DNA from: Azolla caroliniana | Taxonomy: Eukaryota > Plantae > Polypodiophyta | Assembly: GCA_043228905.1 (NCBI GenBank) | Contig: JBHGNT010000011.1 | Span: 19,654,001 to 19,718,000, forward strand | Direction: 5' to 3' | DNA length: 64,000 bases | Shown here: positions 13,182-26,360 of the stretch, piece after piece | How the letters are laid out: every line of letters begins with the position of its first letter | How positions within the stretch are numbered: position 1 is the stretch's first letter | Notes under the pieces: model-generated | Told to the model about the DNA's origin: nothing | What the model saw: only the letters and a program-made list of their open reading frames with translations | The model's database searches: none | Made by a program: the position numbers and the translations under genes

Positions 13182-13899
13182 TGTGAAGTAGTACAATAGA
13201 AATCAAACATCTTTACATATATTCTTCCCTTGGGTCATTGTATAAAAATATTTATTGGCTCACTCAATGCTCAATGATGTTTGCATGTTTGGTTTGGCCC
13301 ATCACTTAAATATTAATCAACATGAATAGTCAATTAATGAATAGTTTATGACAAGGAATGAGGGAATTCACTTGGAATATATTTGCCGCCAATTCAATAT
13401 GGCAATAAAAAATGGACAACTAAAAAGGCTAATGGTAAGTGAATTCAAGTCCTATAATCTATTGTTTGCATTCAACACAAATTGTTTATAAAAGACTGGA
13501 CCTAGCCTATAGGTAAACGTGAGACCTTTTGTTTAATCACCATTATTGGAATGATATATACACACTTAAATAGTTAAGATATTCTCTTGATCTAATGTAA
13601 CCCATGCTTTCCATTCTTAACATAAAACTTGAAGTTTCTCCTTCCTAACTAATGGGAAAGTAGCTTCATTTTGAAAGAAAAAAAAAACAACTTGAAGTTT
13701 CTTTGTTTAATTTGTCTAGGACGGATTTTAGGAATGTTCACTCCTCACAAATAGAGAAATAATAGGGAGAAAGTACCTTATCAAAAGCCACAATCTTCTC
13801 TCTTTTCTTTTTTCACAAAGATAGCATACATACAAAACAATATGATGATACAAACAAACATCAATTAATCCTATTTGAATAGTTTGGATCTAATTTTTT

Positions 13900-16089
13900 A
13901 AGATGTATTTCACATCAACGTAACTCCTCTCAAGACAAGGTACCCATTAACACTCCTTGCAAGACCTGACAAAAAACTTTTCCTTTTAGCTTACCTACTT
14001 ATTGTTGTAGATTATTAAATAAGAATCCATTTCTCATACTCCAATTATACAATAAATGTGATCTTCTCGTATCTTTTTTCATATAAATAGGTTATATATT
14101 AAGTTAGAATATATGCAATGATCACTATTTTTTGTAACTATCTAACTAGCTAATGTGATTGAAGGTATTGATGCATTTTCTTGAATGTCAATGAGGTTAT
14201 GTTGTGAGCATAGACGAATCCCTGACAATTGCTCAAGTAGTTTACGGTTTTGAGGGTGGTGGCCCCCAAAAATATTATAGTTCCCTTATACTCATACGAT
14301 AGTGTGACAAGCTAATACCATCAACTAGAAACCAAGTCAAATTAAGTAGATCTGTCAATACTTGTCATTAATAGGGGGATAGTGATTGGTTTAAGTATGT
14401 CGATCGATGTACACATACGTACCTACCACTTGGTGCACATTGATTGAAGGAGGAATCTTGAGTTGTGTATAAATATACAAAAAGCTCATGTGAAAAAATC
14501 TTAATTATCTGGAGTTGCATTTAAGTTCAAATTTGTGAGTGTGAAAATGGACAACATCATTATGTACTTGTATAAGGATTATAATCATTCCCCTTATTAC
14601 TCTATCTTGCATTAGCCTCAAATGGGACGATGAACGATGAATAATTGTTCTAAGAACGATGAACCCTCAAATGGGAAGAAAGGGCCTTTTCTAAGATGTG
14701 ATTCTCTCTCTTCTTTTATGGTAAAGGTAGTATATATAGTAACAAATCCAACGGCAATACTATTGGAATAGTAGTAATCTTATGGGAAGGCAAATCCTTC
14801 AAGGTGTTTTAAAGCTAGTTGCCATAAAGGACAATGTACCCGTCAAATGGGGAGAAAAGACCTTTGCATAAGATGTGATGTTTCCTGTTCATTTTTTGTG
14901 AAAGTGGTATATCTACATTAAAAAAATCTAATGATACAAAAATACCTTATTAATCATATAATCTTAAGACAAGGTAAATCAAAGTGTTGTAAACTAGTTG
15001 TTATATAGGTAACTAACAAAGCGATATTATGGAAGTGATGATCTTATGACAAGGTAAATAAAAGTGTTGGAAGACTAGTTGTGATATAGGTAACTACTCT
15101 AACGAGAAGATATCCATCGAATCGAGAGAAAGGGCCTCTTGCGGAATATGTATTCTCTCTTGTCTTTTTATAGCAATACGATGATTCAAAAATCTCTAAT
15201 TAATCCTATTAGAACATTGAGAACTAGATGGCATAAACGTAACCACTCTAAGGACAAGGTTCCCATAAAGCTAAGTTGTGTTAACTGACAAATTGGGTTT
15301 CATTCTACCTTACATATCATTCAACTCCATGAAGAAGACCAAATAAGAACCAAATTCTCATACTCCAACAAAATGAGTTAAAATGGCCTATGTAGAAGAT
15401 GTTATCTTTTCCCTTCTTCTTTCCAATAAGGAGAATATATGTGTATGTGTGTGTATTAAACAACCAACTATACAAAAAGCCTTTCTTAATCTTGAATAGT
15501 GATATTTTTATGACAATATCAACCCTTCATGGTGTTGTAACACTAGCCAACATTATGATAACGTCTCTTACTTTTGAGTTGTGAGAGTGGTACCAAATCA
15601 AGGCAAACAAGGTACCCACAAACCTATGTTGCAAGAATTGACCAATTAGTTTTCCTAAAAGCTTATCTACTTATATTGTTGTAAGTGGTTGAGATTATCT
15701 AATAAGAGTTCAATAAGAATCCAAATGCATTGTGGACTCTTAAAAAATAAGGAGAAGGGGCCTTTGAAAATGATGTGATTTTTTTTCATAAAATTAGTAT
15801 CAATAGAGGACGATAAGATCTTCCCTATTATGAATAGTGAAGATCTTATAGTTAGAAAAATGATTTAAGGTGTTATAAGACTAGTTGACATAAAGGCAAG
15901 TCTTGTGAGAATTGTGAGAATAAGGTGCCAATATTTTACAAAGCTAAGTTCCAAGGTTTGACATATTACTTTTCCTCTTTCCTTACTTTTTGTTGTTCTC
16001 ATACACCAATCGTTTGAGAGGCCCTCCCAAAGTGGGGAGGAAGGCCTTTATCTCTTCATTTTTGGTAAGTAGTGATATACATACATACA

Positions 16090-16125
<36 letters not shown>

Positions 16126-16320
16126 TGTAACGAGAACAAAAATAACACCCTTATCCTTATGGCAATCAAGCAAAACCCTTTAAGGTGTTGTGAGACAAGT
16201 TGGCATAATGGGAACTCTTGAGTGGCTAGGTACCCACCAAGCTCAATTGCAAGGACTAGCTTAACTATGAGCATTAGTTTTTCTTTTACGTTACCTACTT
16301 ATTGTCGTACTCAGATTGTA
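13900..16320. repeat. Highly degenerate tandem/satellite-like repeat array
   Basis: Motifs recur in the same order: AAGGTACCCA-like (~13938, 15256, 15610, 16228), AAGGGCCTTT..AGATGTGAT-like (~14680, 14860, 15130, 15757) and GGTGTT..AGACTAGTTG-like (~14803, 14985, 15063, 15870, 16183). Confidence 0.6.
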
Positions 16321-18577
16321 CCATAGAAGCCCATTTAAACCTATTCGTATACATTGGGGAGGGTAAGCTAAGAAACAAGAATATTTAATGATGCAGTAGT
16401 TCTAAGGGGTTATGTCTTGACTCTTTACTTTATCAGTCCAAGGTCCGGTCTTCATTTTATCCCCTTATCATTATATCTTTACTTAACAATAATATGTACC
16501 TAAATATTTTTGGTTTGAGTGCACATGTGCTAGAACTCTTGATGTTTCAAATTTTATATGAGAAATTAGAATCTTCTTCGTCACTCAACTTATATTTACA
16601 AAATAAGCCTCTATATTCTCCATTGTTTTCTCTATCTTTTTGCTCATTCTTGATTTTTCACGTAGTAGTTAACTTTATATCAAAGTTATAGAGATTCTAC
16701 ACTTATGGAATGCCTAGTGAGATAAGGCCATGATCGCTTGTAGTATTGGAGGGAAAATGTGATATTACTAAATACATGTGTTGTCATGTTCCCTAGTGGG
16801 CTTGCACATGGTCTTTCTATTCTCTGGGATGTTTGAGCCTTTGTTTGGATGTAGCCATCCCCTCCTTAAGGCATTTGTTTATATTTCTTATTCTCTACTT
16901 TATTGGAATCCCTCTTTTTGTTTTTGTTAACTTCCGTCCAATTCATCCCTTGAGCACATAAAAGCGATCATTCTAATAATGCCATCTATGCTACTTGCAT
17001 GTGCAAGTATGGTCCATTGTCACTAGTAACTACCTCTCTTTAAAATCTCTTTTAGAATTATACAAGATACGCCTACGTGCAAAACCATTATATAAGTATG
17101 ATCACAGATGCAATGGAATGTGGATAGGAGTAGCATGACTTGGAGTTAATGGCACAATTGGAAATAACAAAGATGATGCAGCACAATGTAAGGTCAGCTA
17201 ATCCCGACTTCCAATGGAGCTTATACATGTACAACAATGGCTCGAAGTACGGTCATTCAACAATCATTGCCTTCATTTACTATGCATGGTTACCAATCTT
17301 AATTGTGTGTGATGCTATTAGCCTTAACTCCTCACAACCACTTGCCAATGAGTGCATCAAAGAGCTCTATTTATTTATTTTTTCCAAAACAATATTCTTC
17401 ATTAGTATAAATTCTACATACATGAGAAAATGTTTTCCATGCTAGGTGGCACCAACATATATTCCTTTTGCCTTTTATTGGTCTAGCCTAGCCTTGTACT
17501 TTTGATCATTCTCAACTTCTAGAAATTGTGGAATGAGAAATCAAGAAAAATATATTTTTTCTTAGAGGTCTATTAAAATGAGTTAAAAGAAGTTTGGAAT
17601 GAGTTGGCACAACAACATGTGTGTTACTTAAAAGAAAAAGCAGGACATTTTACTTTTTCTATGAATTGTCATATTTCCTAGTAGGCACTGGAGAATCGAA
17701 ATCGTAAAGATAAAGTGTTAGGCTTTAGCGGCAAGCTTTCCTTCCTAATATGAATGAGCCTTGCATAAGTAAACGTGTGTGTGTGTGTGTGTGGCTAGCT
17801 TCAAAAGAATGTTTAAAATAGATAAGACACGCATGATACACAACCCAATAGGCATCTCTCTCATATGTATATGATGGGGTGCATTGTGAATTAAGAAGAG
17901 ATCATGTGTGTGTGTTGTGTACACTTCATAATAAGGAGAATTAAGATAGCTAAGATACACCCATGTTGCGATCCCAATACTGAATGTTTGTATCATCAGT
18001 CAATGTGGGTGGGTGGGTGTGGTTCACACTCCACTAGAAGAATTAAAAATAGATGAGGGAGACACATCAACGTGGAACCCAATTCATTTTCATATTGTGT
18101 GTATGTATTGTTAAATGGAGGACAATCAATCTTCCATCTTCTGCTTTTTGCAAATTCTTTTTCTTAATGTTCTCCTTATGTATTTTAGTTTCAATTTAGT
18201 TGTTGTTTGGCATATTTAATTCTTCAAACCAATGTTTATTTTGTATCCATTTTGAATCATTTTATGTACACGATTTGTTTATTTTCTGATAATTCATTTC
18301 TACTATTTTCTTTTGTTTTGAAAAAGTTGTTTTCTTTTTAAATGTAAAATACAGTATACAGCGTTAGGCAAGGGAATTGCTTTCCAAAAGCAGTAAGTAG
18401 TCAGTGGTGGATCATGTGGAGAGGTATTACAGAGTTTTCCCAAAATAGTAAGTTATCATGCATTCATCATCTCCTTCTTCTTCTGTTAGGTCTTGTTTGC
18501 ACAGGAATCTGCAATCCAATCTTGAAAAAGGAATGGTGCAAAATATTGGATTACAGATGAAATGTACTTCTTCTTCT

Positions 18578-20968
18578 TCATCTTCTAAGGGAGAAGTTTA
18601 GCTTCAACCCATGCTTCATGCTCATCACTGCCATCATCCTGTACATCACGGGGTGGTCAGGAACAAGCTCGAATCGGAAGAAGCGGAGGAGCAGAGCCGC
18701 TGTGATCTTCATTTGAAGGTATGCAGCATCTTTACCCAAGCACATCCTTGGTCCCGCCTATATAAACATCACTCATTAGATCCATGAATGAAGGGCGAAT
18801 CAATCTTTATGATAAAACTTTGAGTTAGTGATTCGCTGTTATTATGTTAAGTAGTACCTGAAATGCAGTAAACTTGAAAGGGGACTCAGGTTGTACGAAT
18901 AATTTGCCATCTTCGTGACTTCGCAGCCATCTCTCAGGTTTAAATTCGAGAGCGTCTTCGCCCCATAAGAATGGCATGCGTCCCATGGAGTAAGGGATGT
19001 AGGCAATTTGATCGCCTGCCTTCAATACCGTCCCATCAGGCAGCACATCATCACTCAATGTGGTCTTCCCATCCTACACAATTACAGATGAGCATATTAT
19101 GTAAACAGATGATCAAACTTAGCTAAGTATTAAACCATGGCATTCATACATACACGCCTACAGATCAACAAGAAGCAAGTGATATCGGAGCATATGGAAA
19201 TTATCTATAATTTACCCTAGGGACGGCAGGATGCAACCGAAGTGTCTCTGCGATTGCAGCATGGAGGTATGGCATTTGGGTTTGAAGGTTGTCATATGTC
19301 AACAGTTCGGTGAACTCTGTAAATTCCCGAGAATTAAGAGGCTCTTGTTGACGATGCCGAGAATCATCATTGGGATGAGTCACATTGGTTGTTGCCCTAA
19401 GCTTTTCAAGCTCCAAGAGCTCCACAAAGACTCTCTCTTGTTTGTCTGGATGGTTACACATGCAGTAGAGGAACCAGGAGAGAGTACTTCCTGTTGTATC
19501 TCGTCCGGCCAAAATGAAGTTTATCATTGCATCCCGCACTTCTTCGAGCTGTCCGCAGCTTTTCTGGCTCGCCTCTTCCTCCACCAAATAGTTAGTCGAT
19601 ATACGATTCGCTGTCTTACTACTAATGTCTTCGCTGGCGAGTTGTATTATAAATCGTGATAGAAGATCCGGTGCATCTGGAACGAATTCCTTCAATGCCA
19701 TGGGCGCGTATTGATTTGCATTACCATCATTAGTTGTGATGCTCGCATCTGCAATATTCATGGCCTGATCTATGAGTTGCACCCTTCTTTTATGAATGAC
19801 ATCTGCCAAGAACTGTTTGAACTTGCCGAGCTCCTCCCGGAAGATCTTTTCCGATCCGACATCTAGATATCTCTGTATTCTCCACCATGGGAACATGTAC
19901 CTCCGAGTTATCATCTCTTGAGCATTGTCCAGGGCCTTTGCTACAGCGCTGTATGGACATGCCGACGGGTTGGACAGAGTATCGAACTCCTCTCCGAGTA
20001 CTACTTGGCAGATCGAATCGAATGTCATTGCAAGGAGAAGCTCCTGTCATAATTACACGGCAAAATATCCGAGAGAATAGGTTAAGAGTTGTTTCAATGA
20101 ATACGAAATTTCTGAGCCAAAAAAACCTATTGCATCAATGCGGAGCAGATAATACTCTAATATTCATGATTCACACCTGCATATCAACTCCTTGGCTTGC
20201 TGTAGTGACGAGTACATTAACAAGCTTCAGCGCGTTGGTTGTGTAGACTGTAGAGCTTAGCTTCCTGAGCTTCTTTACAGAGAATTCTAGACTAGCAAGC
20301 TTTCGGTGGGATTTCCAAAGATTACCATCGGTGTTGAGGATGCCATTCCCGAGCATATCGAATTGCCGGGAGTGCAAATCTTCCCCCTGCAGTCAATAAT
20401 TCAATGCATCATGAATATTATTGAACAAAGATCATCCGAACATTTAGCAAAAAAACAAAATGATTTGATTGAGCAAAGGTATAAACAATGAATCGAAGTG
20501 ATTGGGAACCTTGGGGAAATTCGCAAAGTTGGTCTTCAGGATGTGTTCAATGTTGGCCGGGTCTACGGTGAGGTAAGAAGTGCGTCCCAGCGTACGCATC
20601 TTGACAGTGCGGTGTTTATGGTCGAAGAATGTGGTAATCCAGTCGAGGAGGCGGTCGTAATTTCGTGCCGCTTCCAGCTGCGCGCCCAACAAGGGCCACG
20701 TCTTCGGGTCTCTACTTCCGCACTGTGCTCGCCGATAGGCCCACAGGTACAACAGGGCCCCAGCCAACAATGTGAATAGCGAAGTGAAGAATACTGTGAT
20801 GAGTTGAGAGCTTGGGATGTGATTCATCGAGGACCATACATAAGGTAGTGTGCCATCGATTATGTAGGCCGGTCCACCACCACTTCTGGGGTGAGAGGCC
20901 GGCAATATAATGAATTCACCACCGCTACTGCGAACACTTCCACTGCTGCTACCATTACAAAGATTCAT
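18578..20968 (-). CDS. Cytochrome P450, CYP86 clan, CYP704B-like fatty-acid omega-hydroxylase (~630 aa from the first ATG)
   Basis: Exons 20968-20510, 20386-20177, 20043-19216, 19073-18858 and 18757-18578 are GT-AG and in frame (1893 nt). Motifs: TM anchor, KTWPLLGA, DPANIEHILKTNFANFPKG, I-helix NFILAGRDTT, K-helix ETLRLHPAVP, FKPERWL, heme-binding [26 protein letters not shown] (CYP704B-type). Confidence 0.9.
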
Positions 20969-23960
20969 CGATGAATTACAGGTAAAAACACACAGAAAAA
21001 AAATGATATGCAAGGTTTTGAATTTCGTCCAATGGATAAGAATCGAACAAGAGGTATGGAACAAAGGATAAGTAAGATAGATGTAATATATATATATAGT
21101 GTGAGATTTGATGTGGAGTAGGAAGAGGGAGAAAGAAGGTGCAGGTTATGTCTTATGAATATTGTGAGGAAGTGCACACTCATTTAGCATTATATATATG
21201 TGTGTGTGTATATGTAGAGAGGGGAGGCCAGGCCGCCATGGAGAAGAAGTAGAAGGGAGAGCCAAGTCATCAGTGGCTTCTTTTCTTCTAGTTGGTGGTT
21301 CTGCTCATATTGGTGCTGATTTAATTAGTATTATCATTATTATATGTTAAGTGAATGGGGGCCTGGTCAAAAAAACCCCAAGTTTTTGATATAAAAAAAA
21401 AGGAAGAAGCAGCCTTTTTCAAATTATCAGCCAAGAAGAAGTTGAATAATTCGTTCAGTAGCAACGGCAGTTACAGGTGGGCAAGCAAGATGATGTGGTC
21501 CTCCTTTATATTATTCTGTATTTGATTACTCTATTTGTTCCTGGATGTAAAATTCCTGTAGCTTGATTCACACAAAAACATTACGAAACCGTCAAATCAG
21601 ATGGATTGTTGGGTCCGTGCCGTGCACTCCATATCTTATAATCTGCAGACTACCCCCCCCCCCCCCCCCCCCCTACCAAACACCTTGAATTCCGTCTTTC
21701 ATCCATCTCTGTTTCTTGCGGCAATTCGTTGAACATACATACATATAATTGGGGGTAATTTTCGTCGTAATTGGGGAAGTAATCGGGCCGATTCCGAGGT
21801 CAAAAGAAAAAAGAAGGTAAGAATGAAAGAATGAAAGAAAAGAACCCCACCACATCAGGGATCACGCAAAGTCATCTCTCTACCTTTCTATGATTTTGTG
21901 CTCACATCCTGTCAATGCTTCCCCTTTCCTCACAACTCCTTTTTAACCTTTTTTTTAAACATTGTATATTATTATGTACATATTGTTGTGATCTGACCTG
22001 ACCCTTGAATCGTTCTTTAGGGCTTCTACGCTTTTAGACATCAACGCCAGAAATTTGTTGAGTGCTAATTCTAGAGGGCATTAAATCAGGGATCGTTGGG
22101 AGAGATTAAATGGTTCTGACTAGTAATCAATCCAGTGCTTTATCCTTCTTTTTTGAGAAGAATTTATTAATACATAGTTGCCAAAACATGAAATTCGCAG
22201 TTTAGTTAGGGTAACTAAGTGTTAGATCACGGGTATAACAGTTCAGTTATCACCAAATCTTAGAGAGATTAATCACTAGAAATGGTCGGCTTCACCCTTT
22301 GATTAGATGAAATAGGAGAGATAAATCATGGAAAATGACTAATTAAAGATTCAATTAAGATAATTGAAAGGAATTTGGAGCGATGGTCCGCTTGCTAAGG
22401 CTGTGCAATTAGACAATTAATTAGAGATATTGGGATAGATGAATCGCCAGAAATGATGGATATGGTACTTAATTAGATGGTTAAGAGTGGCTGAATCGAC
22501 ACAGACTACTTGAGAAAGATATAAGTGCGAGAATTCTTGTTTTGTATATGTACCCTTCTTCTTGTCCAATCACATGGCTGGCTTCCTTTTGCATCCCAAA
22601 CCTAATGTCCCTAGGCCCTACACATAATTTGTCACCCTCGAGTGGTCGCAAATCATGGCTCATATAATGCATTACACATTGGTTGTGACATGTTTAATTA
22701 CTTTGTGAGGCTCTGAGTTTTCGGGAATGAATCACGCTCTTGTTCCGGGAAAGGATCCCTTCACTAATGTTTGTGCACGTGTATTGCAAATGGGTTAAGA
22801 GTTTGAATGAATGTTGCAATAGTAATGGAGAAGACTGTGAATGGCGCTAGAGTTCAAATGAGTCTATTGATATTTAAAACAAAAACATGGAACAATTGAC
22901 GTAATGATAATGTCGACCATCTAGGAGCTAGTGGCAAAAGAGTGAGTTCAAATGGGTATAATTGAAACGATAACAAAGAACAATGGGGATTGGGGTGATA
23001 ATAATGTAGATTATTTAGGAGTTGTTGTCGGCAAATGCAATTAGGTAAATGTTAGTGAAGTCTCCAAGTTTGTCACATATGTAGCAACAACTATGATGAC
23101 CAATAATGACAACTCATGAGATCAAATGGATCTAATTGTAATGATAAAAGGAGTAGCAAGGACCAATAATGATAATGTAGGCCATTGTGGAGGTAGTTGC
23201 AAAAGTGGTTGGCTTGATGTGAATGAATGTTCCAAGATGGGCGAAATATACTGAATGGTATCTTTTGATGTTATTGAATGTTCCAAGATGGGCAATATAT
23301 GGTGGATGAATCATAAATGGCAGCAAAATCCACTACATGGTAACTCATGAACTATGATAACACTTTCCAACAAAACTAGGAGATCCAATAATAGAAACCA
23401 TCATGCTCAATAAAGTTTCCTTGAAGGGTCATGCAAGTACGTACTCTTGGATGGTGTTTATTGAGTAGGTAAGGACCCCATGAAAAATTAAGCCCATCAC
23501 ATGTGAGAACAACAACCACATGAGTGTTCAATTAGCAACCAACTCATTGTTGTTAGTCCAATATACTTCAAAATCTAGCTCTTGTGGGCATCAAATCGAG
23601 TCCATCACCTCAAGAAAACAATTGTGCTTGTTCAAAGGTGAGCATGGACGACTCCTCCCGAGTGGATAAGTAGAGAATATGTTTGTTGAACGGATGGTTC
23701 ACAGTGGAAGGGGACATTTTTTTTTTGCGCCCGACTATGGAAACCATGGGTTGGAAGCGAGGGTGGTATGTTGCGTCATCTTTTGCTAGAAAGTGAGTTC
23801 CACACGTTCAACATGAGGATTGACCACACGTTTCGACATGAATAAAATAACATAGCCTTCGGTTGATGGAAGTTTGTGGTCCACGTGATCTCCGAGAGAA
23901 CGGATCGAAGGTGTGTGACGGGTTTTTAGGAGAACAGATGTGGGTGAAGGTGTGTAGGAA

Positions 23961-24405
23961 TTAACAATCGACAACGGTTCGGCTTGAACCGAACCGAACC
24001 GAACCGAACCACAAAAGCGCGACTTAACGGTTTAAACGGTTCTGGGTTTTTTAACGGTTCTTTTCAGTTTCAACAGTTAGAACCGCAGTTTAAACGGTTT
24101 AACAATTTTTTATTTATTTTAAAATTTAAAAAAAAATAAAATTGTTTTTAAACAATTTTTTCATTTTCATGTCTTATTCTCGCATTTTAGGAAAATCTTT
24201 AAAATTTTGAAAATTTAAATAATGAAATATTTTTAAATTAAAATATTGACCTAAGCTGAAAACCGAACTACGAAACCGTGGTTTTACCGGTTTGATTTTT
24301 TTTTTTAATGGTTTGGTTTAACGGTTTCGTGGTTCGGTTTTGGTTTTAAAAATTTTAAACGGTTCGGTTTTGATCCTCTCGAACCGAACTGTTGTCGATT
24401 GTTAA
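23961..24405. mobile_element. Non-autonomous TIR element (hAT-like, AACCG-rich) upstream of NDUFB7
   Basis: 22-bp TIRs TTAACAATCGACAACGGTTCGG / CCGAACTGTTGTCGATTGTTAA with one mismatch. Flanking direct repeat TAGGAA at 23955-23960 and 24406-24411. Dense AACCG/CGGTT subterminal repeats surround an AT-rich core. Confidence 0.85.
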
Positions 24406-24579
24406 TAGGAAATCAGAATCGAAGAATAGCTACCGAGCGAGCGAGCGAGCATTGGTGTCGGCCACGAGAAGTGTGAAACGGACAGGTCCATGGATATTTC
24501 TATGCCAAAGGCCCAGCAGCTACATCCATCGAGCTGAAGATCGACACAGAAACAGAAACCAGAAGCACAGAGAAAAATT

Positions 24580-24648
24580 CAGAGAGACAGAGACAGAGAA
24601 GACAAAGGCAGAGAAGACAGAGACAGAGACAGAGACAGAGACAGAGAG
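24580..24648 (+). repeat. (GAGACA)n-type purine microsatellite in the NDUFB7 5' leader
   Basis: AGAGACAGAGAC repeats run up to the ATG at 24651. Confidence 0.85.
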
Positions 24649-24650
24649 CG

Positions 24651-24890
24651 ATGGAACAGGTAGCGACGCAGAAGGAGATGCGGGATGCTCGCGTCCCTCT
24701 TCAGTACCGGGATCAGTGTGCCCACCTGCTCATCCCTCTCAACAAGTGCCGAGTGCAGGAGTTCTACCTTCCCTGGAAGTGCGTGGACGAGCGCCACTCG
24801 TACGAGAAATGCGAGTACCTCCTCTTCCTCGAGCGCGTCAAGAAGTCAGAGGCCCTACGTGAAGCTCAGAAACGCTCCGCCCCCAGTTGA
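24651..24890 (+). CDS. NDUFB7: NADH:ubiquinone oxidoreductase subunit B18 (NDUFB7), 79 aa
   Basis: ATQKEMRDARVPLQYRDQCAHLLIPLNKCRVQEFYLPWKCVDERHSYEKCEY is the twin CX9C signature of NDUFB7. The CDS is GC-rich and single-exon. Confidence 0.95.
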   Translation: MEQVATQKEMRDARVPLQYRDQCAHLLIPLNKCRVQEFYLPWKCVDERHSYEKCEYLLFLERVKKSEALREAQKRSAPS

Positions 24891-26049
24891 ATCCCTCAAC
24901 CCCTGTTTTACCTGCTCTGGAATCATCAATAAAGCCCAGGTATGCGCAGGCTGTGTACAGTATATTACATTAATTTAATGCCTTCAACAATATTGCTCTT
25001 CTTTCTCCAAAACCGAACTTCTTAGAAATAAGTGGCTGGTAGTAAATCATCCCCCAAAAACATTTGCCGTATTCATAAAATAGTAGTACAACCTTTGGAA
25101 TCCAAACAGTGCCATGGATTCATACATTAACCTTCAAATGCAGTTAATCATATTTCAGCCTGACCACGTCTCTGAAAAATGTACCCTTTGTGTGATATGG
25201 TGAGGTTTCTTGTTGTCAGTAAAGAGTAACACCTGAAAACCACACCATGGATCCGTACATTAACTTCAGATGGAGTCAATACTACTTTTGCCTAACCATG
25301 CTCTTTCAGAAGTTCCCTTTGTGTGTTATGGTGATTACGGTTGCAAGGCATTCCCTTTGATGAATGGTGCTACCTGATGGACTCTTGTAAATTTCTCTTG
25401 GGAAAGCCTCATTCAATTGTTCTGTAAGAGAGAAGCATGTGGCTTGTCCTTGTTTCTTCTGAAAATATCAAATCTGACCAATTCCCGAAAGAAATTTCCA
25501 AGATTATTTGCTATTCATTCACTGCTGAACTCATTGCATACATGATTTGACCTACATGCCCCACATGGCATACTTGTTGGTAGAGATGAAAAAATTCAAG
25601 ACTATCCTTGAAAGTATCTACATGTGCTAGGATTAGCAAGTTAGGAATTTCGAAATAAAATGTAATCCCGTGAAACATCAAAAGCATCAAAAGTACTTGT
25701 CAGATGAGTTGGAAGACCTGCTTCAACGTAATTATTTAGTGATTGTTTTTTGAATTTTCATAGATCCTCAATTTGTATTGTAAGTCACATGTTTACGCTG
25801 ACCACTAGTATGACTTCGTGATTAACCCAGTTCACATGTAAATTCTATAGTGGTTCCCATGATTATGAAGAACTTTCATTGTCCCTCGGATAAATCATGT
25901 AACTGTAATGCAAGTACACTTGAACAGTCACAGGAGTGTATTGAAACCTCAAGGACTAAGGCTGACTAGCCTGCTTGTGGTTGAAGAGAAGGCTGTATGT
26001 TATCCTCAATGAAAGAAAGGTGAAATTGGTGAAGTTTGCCAAAAGGCAA

Positions 26050-26360
26050 AAGACAGTGACTGACTTTGAAATGTGTCACAAATGAATTGGTGTCATCAAT
26101 CCTCTAAAGCTATGGATGCTGCCGTCAAGGGAGTTGTCAGTGGATTTCTGACCCTCCAAAAGAAGAGGATGAGCAGTATGTGTGAAGCATGCCAACTTGA
26201 ATAGCAACACTGCCACAACGCACGATCCATGAATAGTGGGCACTTGTACGTCATTCGCTCGTATGTACGGGGACTGGTCCAGATTGTGAAACTCCATGGG
26301 TGTTGGTAATACATTATCTCCATTGATGCTCATTCCCATCATATGGATTCACCAGATTCA
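26050..26360 (+). mobile_element. Degenerate Ty1/copia fragment (GAG-pre-integrase / integrase N-terminus)
   Basis: The + strand translates to HK*IG..INP, MCEACQLE*QH, LYVIRSYVRGL and GCW*YIISIDAHSHH, i.e. decayed CEACQLGKQH / LDVIHSDVWGP / GCRYYVTFIDDHSR. In-frame stops are present. The remnant probably extends ~25400-26750. Confidence 0.75.

Noticed and set aside
16700-17450. Possible gypsy RT/RNase H relic
   Set aside because: Too decayed to support by eye; it needs blastx.
22000-23900. Possible LTR/gag relic upstream of the P450
   Set aside because: I could not identify a paired LTR, PBS or convincing protein motif.
24392-24862. 156-aa ORF overlapping NDUFB7
   Set aside because: It begins inside a transposon TIR, crosses a microsatellite (ETETET) and is an alternative frame of NDUFB7.
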